Shown in pieces: positions 49,017-61,205 of a stretch of DNA of 61,488 nucleotides. Source of the DNA: Flavobacteriales bacterium (lineage in GTDB: Bacteria > Bacteroidota > Bacteroidia > Flavobacteriales > Schleiferiaceae); contig JAYPYZ010000004.1 of NCBI GenBank assembly GCA_038154705.1, positions 1 through 61,488 of the forward strand, written 5' to 3'. Under the pieces are notes generated by a model. That model searched no databases, was not told the DNA's origin, and saw nothing but the letters and a program-made list of their open reading frames with translations. The stretch's first letter is position 1; each line of letters starts with the position of its first letter. The position numbers and the translations under genes are program-made.

Positions 49017-49505
49017 TTAGCGCATCGGTCTGCGTCCGCCGGGACCTTTACGGTCCGGGCGATCACCGCCTTTCATGCGTTCCATAAGACGCTTGCCAAA
49101 TTCTTTCTCAGCCTTCATCAGTTTCGCGGTTTTCTTCGCGCCAATGATGTCGATGAATTGGGGCAAATAGCTTTTTCGTAGCCCTTCGATCTCGACGGAT
49201 AAATCGGCCAATTCCATGATGGCCTTCTCCACCTCTTTATCGCTCGCGTTTTCGAAATCCTTCAGTCCTCCAAAGGCATCGCGCTGTGCTTTACGCAAAG
49301 CATGCTCCTTATCTGACATTTCATTGTACACGGGCCAAAAGCTCTGGCTTTCTTCGACAGTGAGGTCAATTTGCTCGGTAATGAAGGCCACTTTAATGGC
49401 TTCAATCTTTTCGCGCTTCTCCTCGAAATCACCTGGGCGACCTGTAGGTTGTGCTACCGCCACCATCGAGGCAAGCATCAATAGGGTTAAGATTCTGTTT
49501 TTCAT
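49017..49505 (-). CDS. Periplasmic Spy/CpxP-like (LTxxQ-type) protein
   Basis: Signal peptide, helical charged repeats (DLTVEESQSFWPVYNEM), basic Gly/Arg tail. ATGA overlap with the upstream gene. Confidence 0.5.
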   Translation of the reverse strand: MKNRILTLLMLASMVAVAQPTGRPGDFEEKREKIEAIKVAFITEQIDLTVEESQSFWPVYNEMSDKEHALRKAQRDAFGGLKDFENASDKEVEKAIMELADLSVEIEGLRKSYLPQFIDIIGAKKTAKLMKAEKEFGKRLMERMKGGDRPDRKGPGGRRPMR

Positions 49506-49879
49506 AACTGGTATAAATAATCGTTCGGGTTGGTATAATTCATCAATAAGTCTTCGTCAATGGACGCATCGAGGAAGTGGAGGGAATCGGGCTCAGTATA
49601 GTCCATGATATCCTCCACGGCCACGTAGCCGAGCTCGTACAATTCAACGGCGGTGATCTCCGATAGCGCTGGGTCAGAGGGCGCCGTGTTGAACAGGAAG
49701 AGCAAAGCCAAACTTGCAGCAACACCAACGGCAGCATAGCGCCACAAGGATACCACAGGGCGGACACGAGGCTTTTCCTTGTTCCGGTCCACCGGATGGG
49801 CCTCGGGAATGCCATGGAGCGCGGCTTTGAGCGCATCATGGTAGCCGGGTGGCATCGTATGTTTTGGCGTTGTTTTCAT
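49502..49879 (-). CDS. Single-TM protein, candidate anti-sigma factor
   Basis: 125 aa, one TM helix (WRYAAVGVAASLALLFLF). Sits between the ECF sigma gene and the periplasmic protein gene. No recognisable domain. Confidence 0.4.
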   Translation of the reverse strand: MKTTPKHTMPPGYHDALKAALHGIPEAHPVDRNKEKPRVRPVVSLWRYAAVGVAASLALLFLFNTAPSDPALSEITAVELYELGYVAVEDIMDYTEPDSLHFLDASIDEDLLMNYTNPNDYLYQL

Positions 49880-49899
49880 TAGTAGTTAGATGTAAAAGT

Positions 49900-50445
49900 T
49901 TACGGAAGGTTTAATGCTTGGGTTAATTGGGTGCCAATTTTTTCCTTGGCATGATGGTAACTCGCTTTCAAAGCACCTACGGATGTTTGGGTGAGTTCGG
50001 CCATCGCATCGTACGGCATGTCCTGATAATAGCGCAGTTCAAAGACCATGCGCTGTTTGTCTGGAAGTAGGGAGAGGGCATGGACCAATTGGTCCTCGAT
50101 CTCTTCCGCCGTCCAACGCAGCTCCGTCCCATCTTTCAAATCTACTTGCGCCTCCACATCTTCCATGTACCTATTCCCTCGTTTGCGCAGTTCCGACAAA
50201 CTTTGGTTGCGCACAATGGCATAACACCAAGAGAAAATAGCACTCTTGCCCTCAAATTTGTGGAGGTTTTTCCAAATACTGATGAAGGCTTCCTGCACTG
50301 CGTCGTTGGCATCGTCGTGATTTCCCAGAATACCGAAAGCGCATTGATAGAGCCGTTCGCTGAACTGCTCTACAATTTGATAAAAAGAAGCCTCCCATTG
50401 CTGGCGCAACAGGAGGCTTTGAATGTCTTTCTGTGCCTCCATCAT
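49900..50445 (-). CDS. ECF-type RNA polymerase sigma-70 family factor
   Basis: Region 2 (DANDAVQEAFISIWKNL) and region 4 HTH (MPYDAMAELTQTSVGALKASYHHAKEK). Confidence 0.85.
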   Translation of the reverse strand: MMEAQKDIQSLLLRQQWEASFYQIVEQFSERLYQCAFGILGNHDDANDAVQEAFISIWKNLHKFEGKSAIFSWCYAIVRNQSLSELRKRGNRYMEDVEAQVDLKDGTELRWTAEEIEDQLVHALSLLPDKQRMVFELRYYQDMPYDAMAELTQTSVGALKASYHHAKEKIGTQLTQALNLP

Positions 50446-50482
50446 TCCTTAGATGATAAGAAGGTACAAAAGGTTTAATCGA

Positions 50483-51439
50483 TTATTTACGGCCCATTAC
50501 TTTTTTGGCTGCCGCCTCAATAGCTGCGGCGTTCAGACCGTACTTCTCCATGAGTTGTGCAGGCTTACCGCTTTCTCCAAAGCTATCGTTCACCGCAACG
50601 AACTCTTGTGGCGTAGGATGGTTGGTCGTCAACACCTGCGCAACACTCTCGCCCAAGCCGCCATGGCGGTTGTGCTCTTCTGCGGTCACGACACAGCCGG
50701 TCTTGCCCACTGAAGCCAGAATAGCCGCCTCATCAAGTGGTTTAATGGTGTGCATGTTGATGACTTCTGCGCTGATGCCTTGAGCTTCGAGTGCTTCAGC
50801 CGCTTGAATAGCTTCCCATACCAAATGACCCGTCGCAACGATCGTTACATCAGATCCTTCAGTCAATACATCCGCTTTCCCGATGGTGAATCCAGCCCCA
50901 TCGGCAGGGGTGAAGTTTGCCACAGAAGGGCGTCCGAAACGCAAGTACACAGGTCCCTCATACGCCGCAATGGCTTTGGTAGCGGCCTTAGTTTGGTTGT
51001 AATCACAAGGATTGATCACGACCATGTGCGGCAACATTTTCATCAAGCCAATATCTTCCAAGATTTGGTGCGTGGCACCGTCTTCCCCAAGAGTAAGTCC
51101 TGCGTGCGAAGCACAGATCTTTACATTCTTGCCGGAATATGCAATACTTTGACGGATTTGGTCGTACACGCGGCCTGTAGAGAAGTTTGCGAAGGTCCCG
51201 GTAAATGGAATCTTCCCGCCGATGGTCATACCTGCGGCAATTCCCATCATATTGGCTTCGGCAATACCTACCTGGAAGAATCTTTCCGGGTGCTCATCTG
51301 CGAAGGCATTCATTTTCAAGGAACCGGTGAGGTCGGCACACAGTGCCACCACATTTTCGTTCTCATTGCCCAATTCTTGCAATCCAGCGCCGAATCCCGA
51401 ACGCGTGTCCTTGTTGCCTGTGTTGGTGTACTTTTTCAT
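50483..51439 (-). CDS. Transketolase, C-terminal (pyrimidine-binding plus C-terminal domain) subunit
   Basis: 318 aa, [17 protein letters not shown] motif. Confidence 0.9.
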   Translation of the reverse strand: MKKYTNTGNKDTRSGFGAGLQELGNENENVVALCADLTGSLKMNAFADEHPERFFQVGIAEANMMGIAAGMTIGGKIPFTGTFANFSTGRVYDQIRQSIAYSGKNVKICASHAGLTLGEDGATHQILEDIGLMKMLPHMVVINPCDYNQTKAATKAIAAYEGPVYLRFGRPSVANFTPADGAGFTIGKADVLTEGSDVTIVATGHLVWEAIQAAEALEAQGISAEVINMHTIKPLDEAAILASVGKTGCVVTAEEHNRHGGLGESVAQVLTTNHPTPQEFVAVNDSFGESGKPAQLMEKYGLNAAAIEAAAKKVMGRK

Positions 51440-51441
51440 TC

Positions 51442-52827
51442 TTAGTTGATTTTCACAATAGTTGAAGAGCCTGAGCTGACTCTAAATTCTTTCGTTTTGC
51501 TGTAGCCGGTTTCCTGGGCGAATTTGCTGCGGAACACGACAAGATATTGCCCCGGTTGTAGCTGGAACACTTGGCGTTCACTGCTCTCGCTGAGGTCGGT
51601 CACCCATTGGTATCCATCTTCGCGTTGCACGAAAATCGAACCGTAGCCGCTGGTCCCTGTTTGCAGGGTCACCATCCCGGGTGGAGGTATGGCGATGGTG
51701 GTGGTCGCACTGGCATCTATATCAACGCCGCTTTGAATAATGCGTGGAAGGGTTAGGATTTCCAAATCATAGGTGCCGCTGATGTAGCGTTGTGTAGTCC
51801 CAAACTCCTGTACATGCAAGATTTCATTTTTTCCGTGCGGCTTGATGATGCACGAAATGCTTGTATTCTGACGAGTGTTCGCGCGCAAGTCGAGCTGACC
51901 TTGCGGAGTGGAGGCGCCGATGTGGGTGTGAGTGCCCGGGTAGATCGTGATGCTGTCCACACGAACTGGCGGTACAGTATGCACCTCCATATCATACACC
52001 ACTAGGGGGTCCAGCACTAAGGTGTCCGGCTGTCCTTTGTAGTTCAAGGTATGCACGAAACTCTTCTTCACCTTTTGAGAGGTGTGATCGTAGAGAATGA
52101 TCGGCACGTTCGTCTCGGTCGGTTTGCCATTGATGTCGAGCAGGTTGATTTGGGCCGTGGTGTTGTCCAATGCCTGTGATATGACCACGCCTAATACGTT
52201 CTTGAAGGTGTTTTCGTCGGCGGCATCGAAGTAGGTGCCGACACATTCGAAGCTCTCCTTAAAGTTTTCGTCCATTCCGATGCCGATCACGAAGGGCTTC
52301 AGGATTATGCCTTGCTTTTGCAGGCGTTGGCTAACGATACAAGGATCGCCATCACAGGCTTCTACACCGTCGGTGATGAGGATGATGATGTTGCGGCAGT
52401 TGGCACAGGGCGGGAAATCATCGGCAGCTTTCATCAAAGATCCTGCAATAGGGGTGGTTCCCATAGGATTGATGGCGCGAAGCACGCGTTTGATTTTATA
52501 AATGTTCCCGGTGCCGAAGGAGACTTCGAGTTTGGTATCAGAACAATCTTGAGGCGGCACTGGCTTTTGGTGGCCGTAGACGCGTAAGGCTAATTGGAAA
52601 TTTGCCTCACTCTGAATGCCTTGCAAGGAATCCAGCATTTGGCCCATCAATCGTTGCGCGACGTGAATTTTTGTTCCGCTTTCCCAACGGCCATACATAC
52701 TCTGTGAGCCGTCGAATACGAATAGAATTCTCGTCAACGGTTCTGGTTCGGCTTCGGGCTTGGTCTGTGACCAAAGTTGAGCCGAAGCGCAAAAGAAGAT
52801 TAGTATGGCGGCGAAGCGATGCAGCAT
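51442..52827 (-). CDS. Secreted von Willebrand factor type A (VWA) domain protein with C-terminal beta-sandwich repeats
   Basis: Signal peptide [26 protein letters not shown]-type [11 protein letters not shown] and [12 protein letters not shown]. Three YD[ML]E[VI]xT[VL]P-like repeat modules. Confidence 0.75.
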   Translation of the reverse strand: MLHRFAAILIFFCASAQLWSQTKPEAEPEPLTRILFVFDGSQSMYGRWESGTKIHVAQRLMGQMLDSLQGIQSEANFQLALRVYGHQKPVPPQDCSDTKLEVSFGTGNIYKIKRVLRAINPMGTTPIAGSLMKAADDFPPCANCRNIIILITDGVEACDGDPCIVSQRLQKQGIILKPFVIGIGMDENFKESFECVGTYFDAADENTFKNVLGVVISQALDNTTAQINLLDINGKPTETNVPIILYDHTSQKVKKSFVHTLNYKGQPDTLVLDPLVVYDMEVHTVPPVRVDSITIYPGTHTHIGASTPQGQLDLRANTRQNTSISCIIKPHGKNEILHVQEFGTTQRYISGTYDLEILTLPRIIQSGVDIDASATTTIAIPPPGMVTLQTGTSGYGSIFVQREDGYQWVTDLSESSERQVFQLQPGQYLVVFRSKFAQETGYSKTKEFRVSSGSSTIVKIN

Positions 52828-53673
52828 TTAGTAATCGCCTAGGGTTTCAGCGTTTTGAGCAAGTGCACTGGCCAATTGTTCGTCGTTTGGCGCTACACCA
52901 TGCCATTTGTGGGTGCCCATCATGAAGTCCACCCCGTTGCCCATTTCTGTGTGCATCAGGATACAGATCGGTTTGCCCTGGCCTGTGGCAGCTTTCGCTT
53001 CCGCCAATGTGGCAAGAATGGCATTCAAATCATTGCCTTGTTCGATCGATAGTACGTGCCATCCGAATGCTTCGAATTTTGCGCGCAGTGAACCCATAGC
53101 CAATACCTCGTCGGTAGAACCGTCGATTTGCTTTTCGTTTACATCCACCGTACAGATCAGGTTATCTACCTTCTTGGCAGAGGCATACATCGCCGCTTCC
53201 CAAATCTGTCCTTCTTGCAACTCACCGTCTCCATGAAGGGTGTACACGATGCTATTGTCCTTGTTGAGTTTTTTCGCCTCGGCAGCACCGATAGCTACAC
53301 TCATACCTTGTCCTAGTGAACCCGAAGCAATGCGAATCCCAGGGAGGTTATCGTGTGTAGTCGGGTGTCCTTGTAGGCGAGTATTGATTTTTCTAAAGGT
53401 GGCCAATTCTTCCACAGGGAAGTATCCAGCGCGTGCCAACACACTGTAGATCACTGGCGAAATGTGTCCGTTGGATAGGAAGAATAAATCTTCACCCACG
53501 CCGTCCATTGAAAAGGATTTGGCATTGTGGTTCATCTGTTCGAAGTACAGAGCGACGAGGAATTCGGTACATCCAAGAGAGCCTCCAGGGTGTCCAGAAT
53601 TTACGGCGTGAACCATTCGAACGATATCTCTGCGGACTTGTGATACCACGGCTTGTAGGTCTTGTGCTGACAT
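52828..53673 (-). CDS. Transketolase, N-terminal (TPP-binding) subunit
   Basis: SGHPGGSLG and GDGELQEGQIWEA motifs. Start at ATG 53673 (MSAQDLQ). Confidence 0.9.
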   Translation of the reverse strand: MSAQDLQAVVSQVRRDIVRMVHAVNSGHPGGSLGCTEFLVALYFEQMNHNAKSFSMDGVGEDLFFLSNGHISPVIYSVLARAGYFPVEELATFRKINTRLQGHPTTHDNLPGIRIASGSLGQGMSVAIGAAEAKKLNKDNSIVYTLHGDGELQEGQIWEAAMYASAKKVDNLICTVDVNEKQIDGSTDEVLAMGSLRAKFEAFGWHVLSIEQGNDLNAILATLAEAKAATGQGKPICILMHTEMGNGVDFMMGTHKWHGVAPNDEQLASALAQNAETLGDY

Positions 53674-53777
53674 GTGAAAAGTGTTATTTCTTATACGTTC
53701 AAAAATAAGGTATGTTGCCCGTGAGGTAATTTTTTTGATTGACCACATATACACACGTTGCTAACAAAGAATCGGAC

Positions 53778-53785
53778 TATCTTTG
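53778..53785 (+). promoter_or_regulatory. Candidate -7 box TAtcTTTG for ychF
   Basis: Exact TAnnTTTG match 19 nt upstream of ATG 53805, with a TTG at 53758-53760 (17-nt spacer). Confidence 0.45.
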
Positions 53786-53804
53786 CGCCCTTAATCCTCG
53801 AATT

Positions 53805-54896
53805 ATGAAATGTGGCATTGTCGGTTTACCGAATGTAGGTAAGAGTACTTTATTCAACTGTTTGTCTAGCGCAAAAGCGCAGGCGGCAAACTATCCGTTT
53901 TGTACCATCGAACCCAATGTGGGTCAGGTCACGGTACCGGATGTGCGTTTGGAGCGCTTATCAGAATTGGTCAACCCAGAACGCGTACAACCTGCCAACG
54001 TAGAAATCGTGGATATCGCGGGTCTGGTTCGCGGTGCTTCGAAAGGGGAAGGATTAGGGAACCAATTCTTGGGGAACATCCGTGAAACAAATGCCATTAT
54101 CCATGTGCTTAGATGTTTCGAAAACGACAACGTTACCCACGTCGACGGCAGTGTAAATCCCATCCGTGATAAGGAGACCATCGATACGGAATTACAGCTA
54201 AAAGACCTCGAAACGATCGAAAAACGACTCGAAAAAGCCAAAAAAATGTCCAAAAGCGGCGAAAAAGAGGCAAAATTGAATGTAGAGTCTTTGGAGCGTT
54301 TGGTCAAATATGTAGAGGAAGGACGCAACGTTCGCGGCTTCGAAAGAAACGACCGTGAAACATTGTTGTTGAAAGAAATGCAACTCCTGACCGATAAGCC
54401 GGTGTTGTACTTGTGTAATGTAGACGAGAGTTCTGCGAAAACGGGAAATGCCCACGTCGAAGCAGTACAAGCTATGGCAGCGGAAGAGGGTGCAGGATGT
54501 ATTCACATTGCCGTGAGCACTGAATCTGATATCGCCGAACTCGAAACGTACGAGGAGAAGCAGATGTTCTTGGAGGAATTGGGCCTAGAAGATGCCGGTG
54601 TGAATCGCGTCATTCGTGCGGCATATGAATTGCTCAATTTGCAGACCTATTTTACCGCTGGTGTGAAGGAAGTTCGCGCTTGGACTATCAAGAAAGGCAT
54701 GACTGCGCCACAGGCGGCAGGAGTTATTCACAGCGATTTCGAAAAAGGATTCATTCGTGCTGAGGTAATCAGCTATTCAGATTACGACCAATTAGGCAGC
54801 GAAAGCGCTGTAAAAGAGGCAGGTAAGATGCGGGTGGAAGGGAAGGAATACATCGTTCATGATGGCGATGTGATGCACTTCCGTTTCAATGTGTAA
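53805..54896 (+). CDS. ychF: Redox-regulated ATPase YchF
   Basis: MKCGIVGLPNVGKSTLFN P-loop and C-terminal TGS-like domain. Confidence 0.95.
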   Translation: MKCGIVGLPNVGKSTLFNCLSSAKAQAANYPFCTIEPNVGQVTVPDVRLERLSELVNPERVQPANVEIVDIAGLVRGASKGEGLGNQFLGNIRETNAIIHVLRCFENDNVTHVDGSVNPIRDKETIDTELQLKDLETIEKRLEKAKKMSKSGEKEAKLNVESLERLVKYVEEGRNVRGFERNDRETLLLKEMQLLTDKPVLYLCNVDESSAKTGNAHVEAVQAMAAEEGAGCIHIAVSTESDIAELETYEEKQMFLEELGLEDAGVNRVIRAAYELLNLQTYFTAGVKEVRAWTIKKGMTAPQAAGVIHSDFEKGFIRAEVISYSDYDQLGSESAVKEAGKMRVEGKEYIVHDGDVMHFRFNV

Positions 54897-54980
54897 AACC
54901 TGTGCATAGATTCGCCCTGTACACCGCGTAAAATCGGGCACCTCTTGTTAAATTGGGTTCTTTGAATTCCAAGAAATTTT

Positions 54981-56848
<1,868 letters not shown>

Positions 56849-56849
<1 letters not shown>

Positions 56850-59605
56850 TGAGTGACGACATTCAAAGCCCCGAAGATTTCGATCCTGAATTGGCCCCTG
56901 ATGCTGCCCAAGAAGAAGAGGGCACCCGCATTACTAGGGTTAGCGGGATGTATGAAGATTATTTTCTTGATTACGCCTCCTATGTGATTTTGGAGCGCGC
57001 CGTTCCCGCCTTGAACGATGGTTTGAAGCCGGTGCAGCGTCGATTGCTTCATTCCATGAAGGAGATGGATGATGGTCGTTTCCACAAGGTGGCCAACATT
57101 ATTGGCCAGACCATGCGCTTCCACCCGCACGGGGATGCCTCCATCGGGGACGCCTTGGTGCAGATGGGGCAAAAGGACCTGTTGATTGACTGTCAAGGGA
57201 ACTGGGGAAATATTTTAACCGGTGATGGTGCGGCGGCCCCTCGTTATATCGAGGCACGTCTGACCAAGTTTGCACTCCACGTGGCGTACAGCCCGAAAGT
57301 CACGGAATGGCAATTGTCTTATGACGGTCGTGCGAACGAGCCGTTGCATTTGCCCATGAAGTTCCCTATGCTCCTAGCGATGGGGGTGGAAGGGATTGCT
57401 GTGGGTTTGAGTACGAAGATATTGCCTCACAACTTCCTCGAGCTCATCGATGCGTCCATCAAGGTATTGCAGGAGAAGAGTTTTAAACTATTTCCAGATT
57501 TTCCGACAGGAGGTATTGCAGATTTCTCCAACTACAATGATGGAGAGCGCGGTTCTAGGGTCCGAGTACGCGCGCGCATTTCACAACTCGACAAGAATAC
57601 CCTAGTCATCACGGAGATTCCGTACAGCACAACGACGCAGAGTTTGATTGACAGCATTTTGAAGGCCAACGATAAGGGCAAGATCAAAATCAAAAAGATC
57701 GAGGACAACACAGCGGAAAACGTGGAGATTTTGGTGCACTTGCCGCCAGGCATCAGTCCCGATAAAACGATCGATGCCTTGTACGCCTTCACTAACTGTG
57801 AGGTAAGCATTGCGCCTTTGGCATGTAGCATCTATGAGGATGCACCACTTTTTGTTGGCGTTCGAGAAGTTATGAGGCGCAGCACCATGGCCACTCGTGA
57901 AGTGCTCAAGGCGGAATTAGAAATTCAACTTTCGGAACTACAAGAGCAATGGCACTTCGCTTCGCTCGAACGTATTTTCATTGAGCATAAGATCTACCGC
58001 GATATTGAAGAGGCCGAGACTTGGGAACAAGTCATCGAGTTCATCCGCAAAGGGCTTACTCCTCACATCAAGCACCTAATGCGTGAGGTAAGGGACGAGG
58101 ATATCGTTCGATTGACTGAAATCAAGATCAAGCGCATCTCTAAGTTCGATAGCGACAAGGCCAATGATAAGATTTTGGAGCTTGAAGGCAAGATTGATGC
58201 AGTGAAGCATGATTTGGCACACTTGACCGAGTTTGCCATCAACTATTTCAAAGATCTCAAGAAGAAATTTGGAAAAGGCCGAGAGCGCAAAACTGAGATC
58301 GCCACCTTCGATAGCGTGGAAGCTGCGAAAGTAGTCATCCGCAACCAGAAGTTGTATGTGAACCGCGAAGAAGGATTCGTAGGATACGGCATGAAGCGCG
58401 ACGAATACGTATGCGATTGTTCGGACATCGATGATATCATCGTCATCCGAAGTGACGGTAAGTTCAGTGTGAGTAAGGTGAAGGATAAAGCCTTCTTTGG
58501 AAAAGACATTGAGTATGTAGCGGTGTGGAAGAAGGGCGACGATCGTACGGTCTATAATGCCATCTACTTTGACGGAACCTCAAAGGTGAGCTACGTCAAG
58601 CGCTTTAGCGTCACTAGTATTACTCGAGACCGCGAATACGACATTACGCAAGGAAATAAGGGCTCAAAGCTGCTGTATTTCACCGCAAACCCGAACGGGG
58701 AAGCTGAGGTTGTGACAGTGCTCTTGAGGCAATTGGCCAAGCTTAAAAAGCTCAAATTCGATCTCGACTTCGCGGAAATCGCGGTGAAGGGACGCGGTTC
58801 TAAAGGAAATATCGCTACGAAATTCCCTGTGAAGCGCGTGGAGCTCAAGGAGCGCGGAGAGAGTACACTGGAAGCACGCAAAGTGTGGTTCGACGATACG
58901 GTGCAGCGTTTGAACAGCGATGAGCGAGGCAGGTTAATTGGCTCCTTTAAAGGGGAGGACCGCATCCTTATTGCAGAGAAAAATGGTGCATTGAAGGTGG
59001 TGGTGCCAGAGCTGACCTTGCACTTCGATCCGGATATGATCTACTTGGAAAAATTAGAGGTGGATCGCCCGTTGAGTGCAGTGTACTTTGACGGTGAGAA
59101 GAGCCGCTACTTTGTCAAACGATTCCTATGGGAAGGTGGAGATAAAGAAGAAAATATCATCACCGCACATGCGAAAAGTGAGTTGGTGTATCTAAGCAAT
59201 GCGTCCTTGCCGAGGATTGAGATGGTGTACCGCAAACAAAAAGGTGCCGAGAAAGATCCAGAGGAGGTGTTGTTGAGCGAATTCATTTCGGTCAAAGGCA
59301 TCAAGGCAAAAGGAAACCAGCTGACTACCGATACCTTAAACAAGATTGTAGGCTTGGAGCCCCTTGATGAGCCAGAAGTGGCTGTAGAGGAGCTTCCGGA
59401 TATCGCCCCTGCGGGACCTAGTGTCGAGGAACCAGAGGCAGAAGTTCAGAAGGCCGAGCCATCGACAGAGCTGCAGGAGTCCACTGCAGAGGCCGAGCAG
59501 AAAGCGGAAATAAAAGAATCGGTCCCAAAAACTGAACCTCCAAAGCAAAACAAGGGTTCTTATAGTGCGGACGATGAAGCGCCACAGATCACTTTAGATT
59601 TTTAA
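56849..59605 (+). CDS. parC: Type IIA topoisomerase A subunit, topoisomerase IV ParC type, with acidic C-terminal tail
   Basis: AAPRYIEARL catalytic Tyr region. Start overlaps the parE stop (TGATG). Last 80 aa or so are Glu/Pro/Ala-rich. Confidence 0.85.
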
Positions 59606-59606
59606 C

Positions 59607-61205
59607 ATGAAACACCTACTCCTAAGCCTAAGTCTCCTGACCTGTATCGGCGCTAGTGCCCAACAGAGTTTTAACATGGTTCAAAAGAGTCATTTGACCT
59701 ACTTGAACGACAATAATGATATCTGGGGATATACAGATTCGGCCAGCGGTACGGAGTATGCCTTGGTGGGAACCACAGCCGGAGTAAGTATTGTGGACAT
59801 CAGTGTGGCGACGGCGCCCGTGAAAAAGCAGTTTGTTCAAGGCCCATATAGCATTTGGCGTGATTTGAAAACGTGGGGCCATTATGCTTACGTAACCCAT
59901 GATAGCCCTTATGCTTGGAACCAAATTCCGGAGCATGGGCTGCTCATAATCGACATGGACAGCGTGGATAACCCAGTGCCTACCTACAAAAACATCAACT
60001 ATGCCGTAGAATATCCTGCAGGTGTGTGGGATACGCTCAAGACAGCGCACAACCTGTATATTGATGAGAACGGCTATTGCTATTTATTTGGTGCGAACAT
60101 TGGCAATGGTGGTGCATTGATTTTGGATTTGAACAGCGATCCTTGGAACCCAACAGTGGTCGGCATTTATGATGATTACTATTTCCACGACGGAATGGTG
60201 CGTGGAGATACACTTTGGGGTTCCGCAGTCTACACCGGAAAATTTGTGGTGGTAGACGTGACCCAAAAGGATTCTGCAATGACTTTGGCGACGCACGGTA
60301 CACCAAACTCATTCACACACAATACTTGGATTTCAGACGATAACAACACCCTGTTCTGTACGGATGAGGTGGGAGGAGCCTTTTTGAGTGCCTATGATGT
60401 AAGTGATTTGAATAACATCACGGAGCTTGATCGCATTCAATCCTCTCTGGATACGGGAGTCATTCCGCACAATGCCCATGTGCGTGGTCAATGGGTGGTT
60501 ACCTCTTATTATACTTCAGGCGTTCAGATTGTAGATGCAAAATATCCAGAGCTGCTTGTGGAAGTGGGGTACTTTGATACTTCTCCAAATTTCTCGGGTG
60601 GTGGTTTTTATGGGAATTGGGGTGCCTATCCTTATTTCGAATCTGACCTGATCATTTGTTCCGACATTGAAGAAGGCTTGTGGGTTTTAGAGCCCACCTA
60701 TGTGGAGGCTTCAAGAGTGCACGTTGTGGTGTACGATAGCATCACCAAAGCACCGATGAGCAATGTCAACATTTCCTTTGATAAGCTAGGGAAAGTCGTG
60801 GAGAGCAACATTGACGGCCTGGCCGAAATTGGTACGCCGTTGCAGGTTCAAGATAGCTTGATAGTGAGCATGCCTGGATTTGTGACGCATCGCCAGCAAT
60901 ACCAATGGGTAGGAGGGATTTTCGATACGGTCAGAGTGGCTTTGCTCAACGTCAACAATGTCGGCTTAGGCGAAGAAGCCGAGGCACCTATTGTGATTCA
61001 GCCGAATCCTAGCCAAGGACAATTCACATTAAATGGGGTGGAGGATGCAACGTTTGCCTTATACAACACCGCTGGTGTGAAGGTCTATGAAGGTAAAACC
61101 ATGGGCAGCAGTGTGGAATTGCCACAACTGCCGCACGGTCACTACATTCTTGCTTTGGACGGGAATTACGGATTCCGCCGTTTCCCATTGCTCTTGTTGC
61201 CTTAG
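59607..61205 (+). CDS. LVIVD-repeat beta-propeller protein with T9SS C-terminal sorting domain
   Basis: Signal peptide. Repeats GVSIVDIS, LLIIDMDS, ALILDLNS, FVVVDVTQ, VQIVDAKY. C-terminus IQPNPSQGQFTL...GHYILALDG. Confidence 0.75.
   Translation: MKHLLLSLSLLTCIGASAQQSFNMVQKSHLTYLNDNNDIWGYTDSASGTEYALVGTTAGVSIVDISVATAPVKKQFVQGPYSIWRDLKTWGHYAYVTHDSPYAWNQIPEHGLLIIDMDSVDNPVPTYKNINYAVEYPAGVWDTLKTAHNLYIDENGYCYLFGANIGNGGALILDLNSDPWNPTVVGIYDDYYFHDGMVRGDTLWGSAVYTGKFVVVDVTQKDSAMTLATHGTPNSFTHNTWISDDNNTLFCTDEVGGAFLSAYDVSDLNNITELDRIQSSLDTGVIPHNAHVRGQWVVTSYYTSGVQIVDAKYPELLVEVGYFDTSPNFSGGGFYGNWGAYPYFESDLIICSDIEEGLWVLEPTYVEASRVHVVVYDSITKAPMSNVNISFDKLGKVVESNIDGLAEIGTPLQVQDSLIVSMPGFVTHRQQYQWVGGIFDTVRVALLNVNNVGLGEEAEAPIVIQPNPSQGQFTLNGVEDATFALYNTAGVKVYEGKTMGSSVELPQLPHGHYILALDGNYGFRRFPLLLLP

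Noticed and set aside
50750-51445. 231-aa plus-strand ORF opposite the transketolase C-terminal subunit.
   Set aside because: It lies entirely inside a strongly supported minus-strand gene. The translation is Arg/Cys/His-rich junk.
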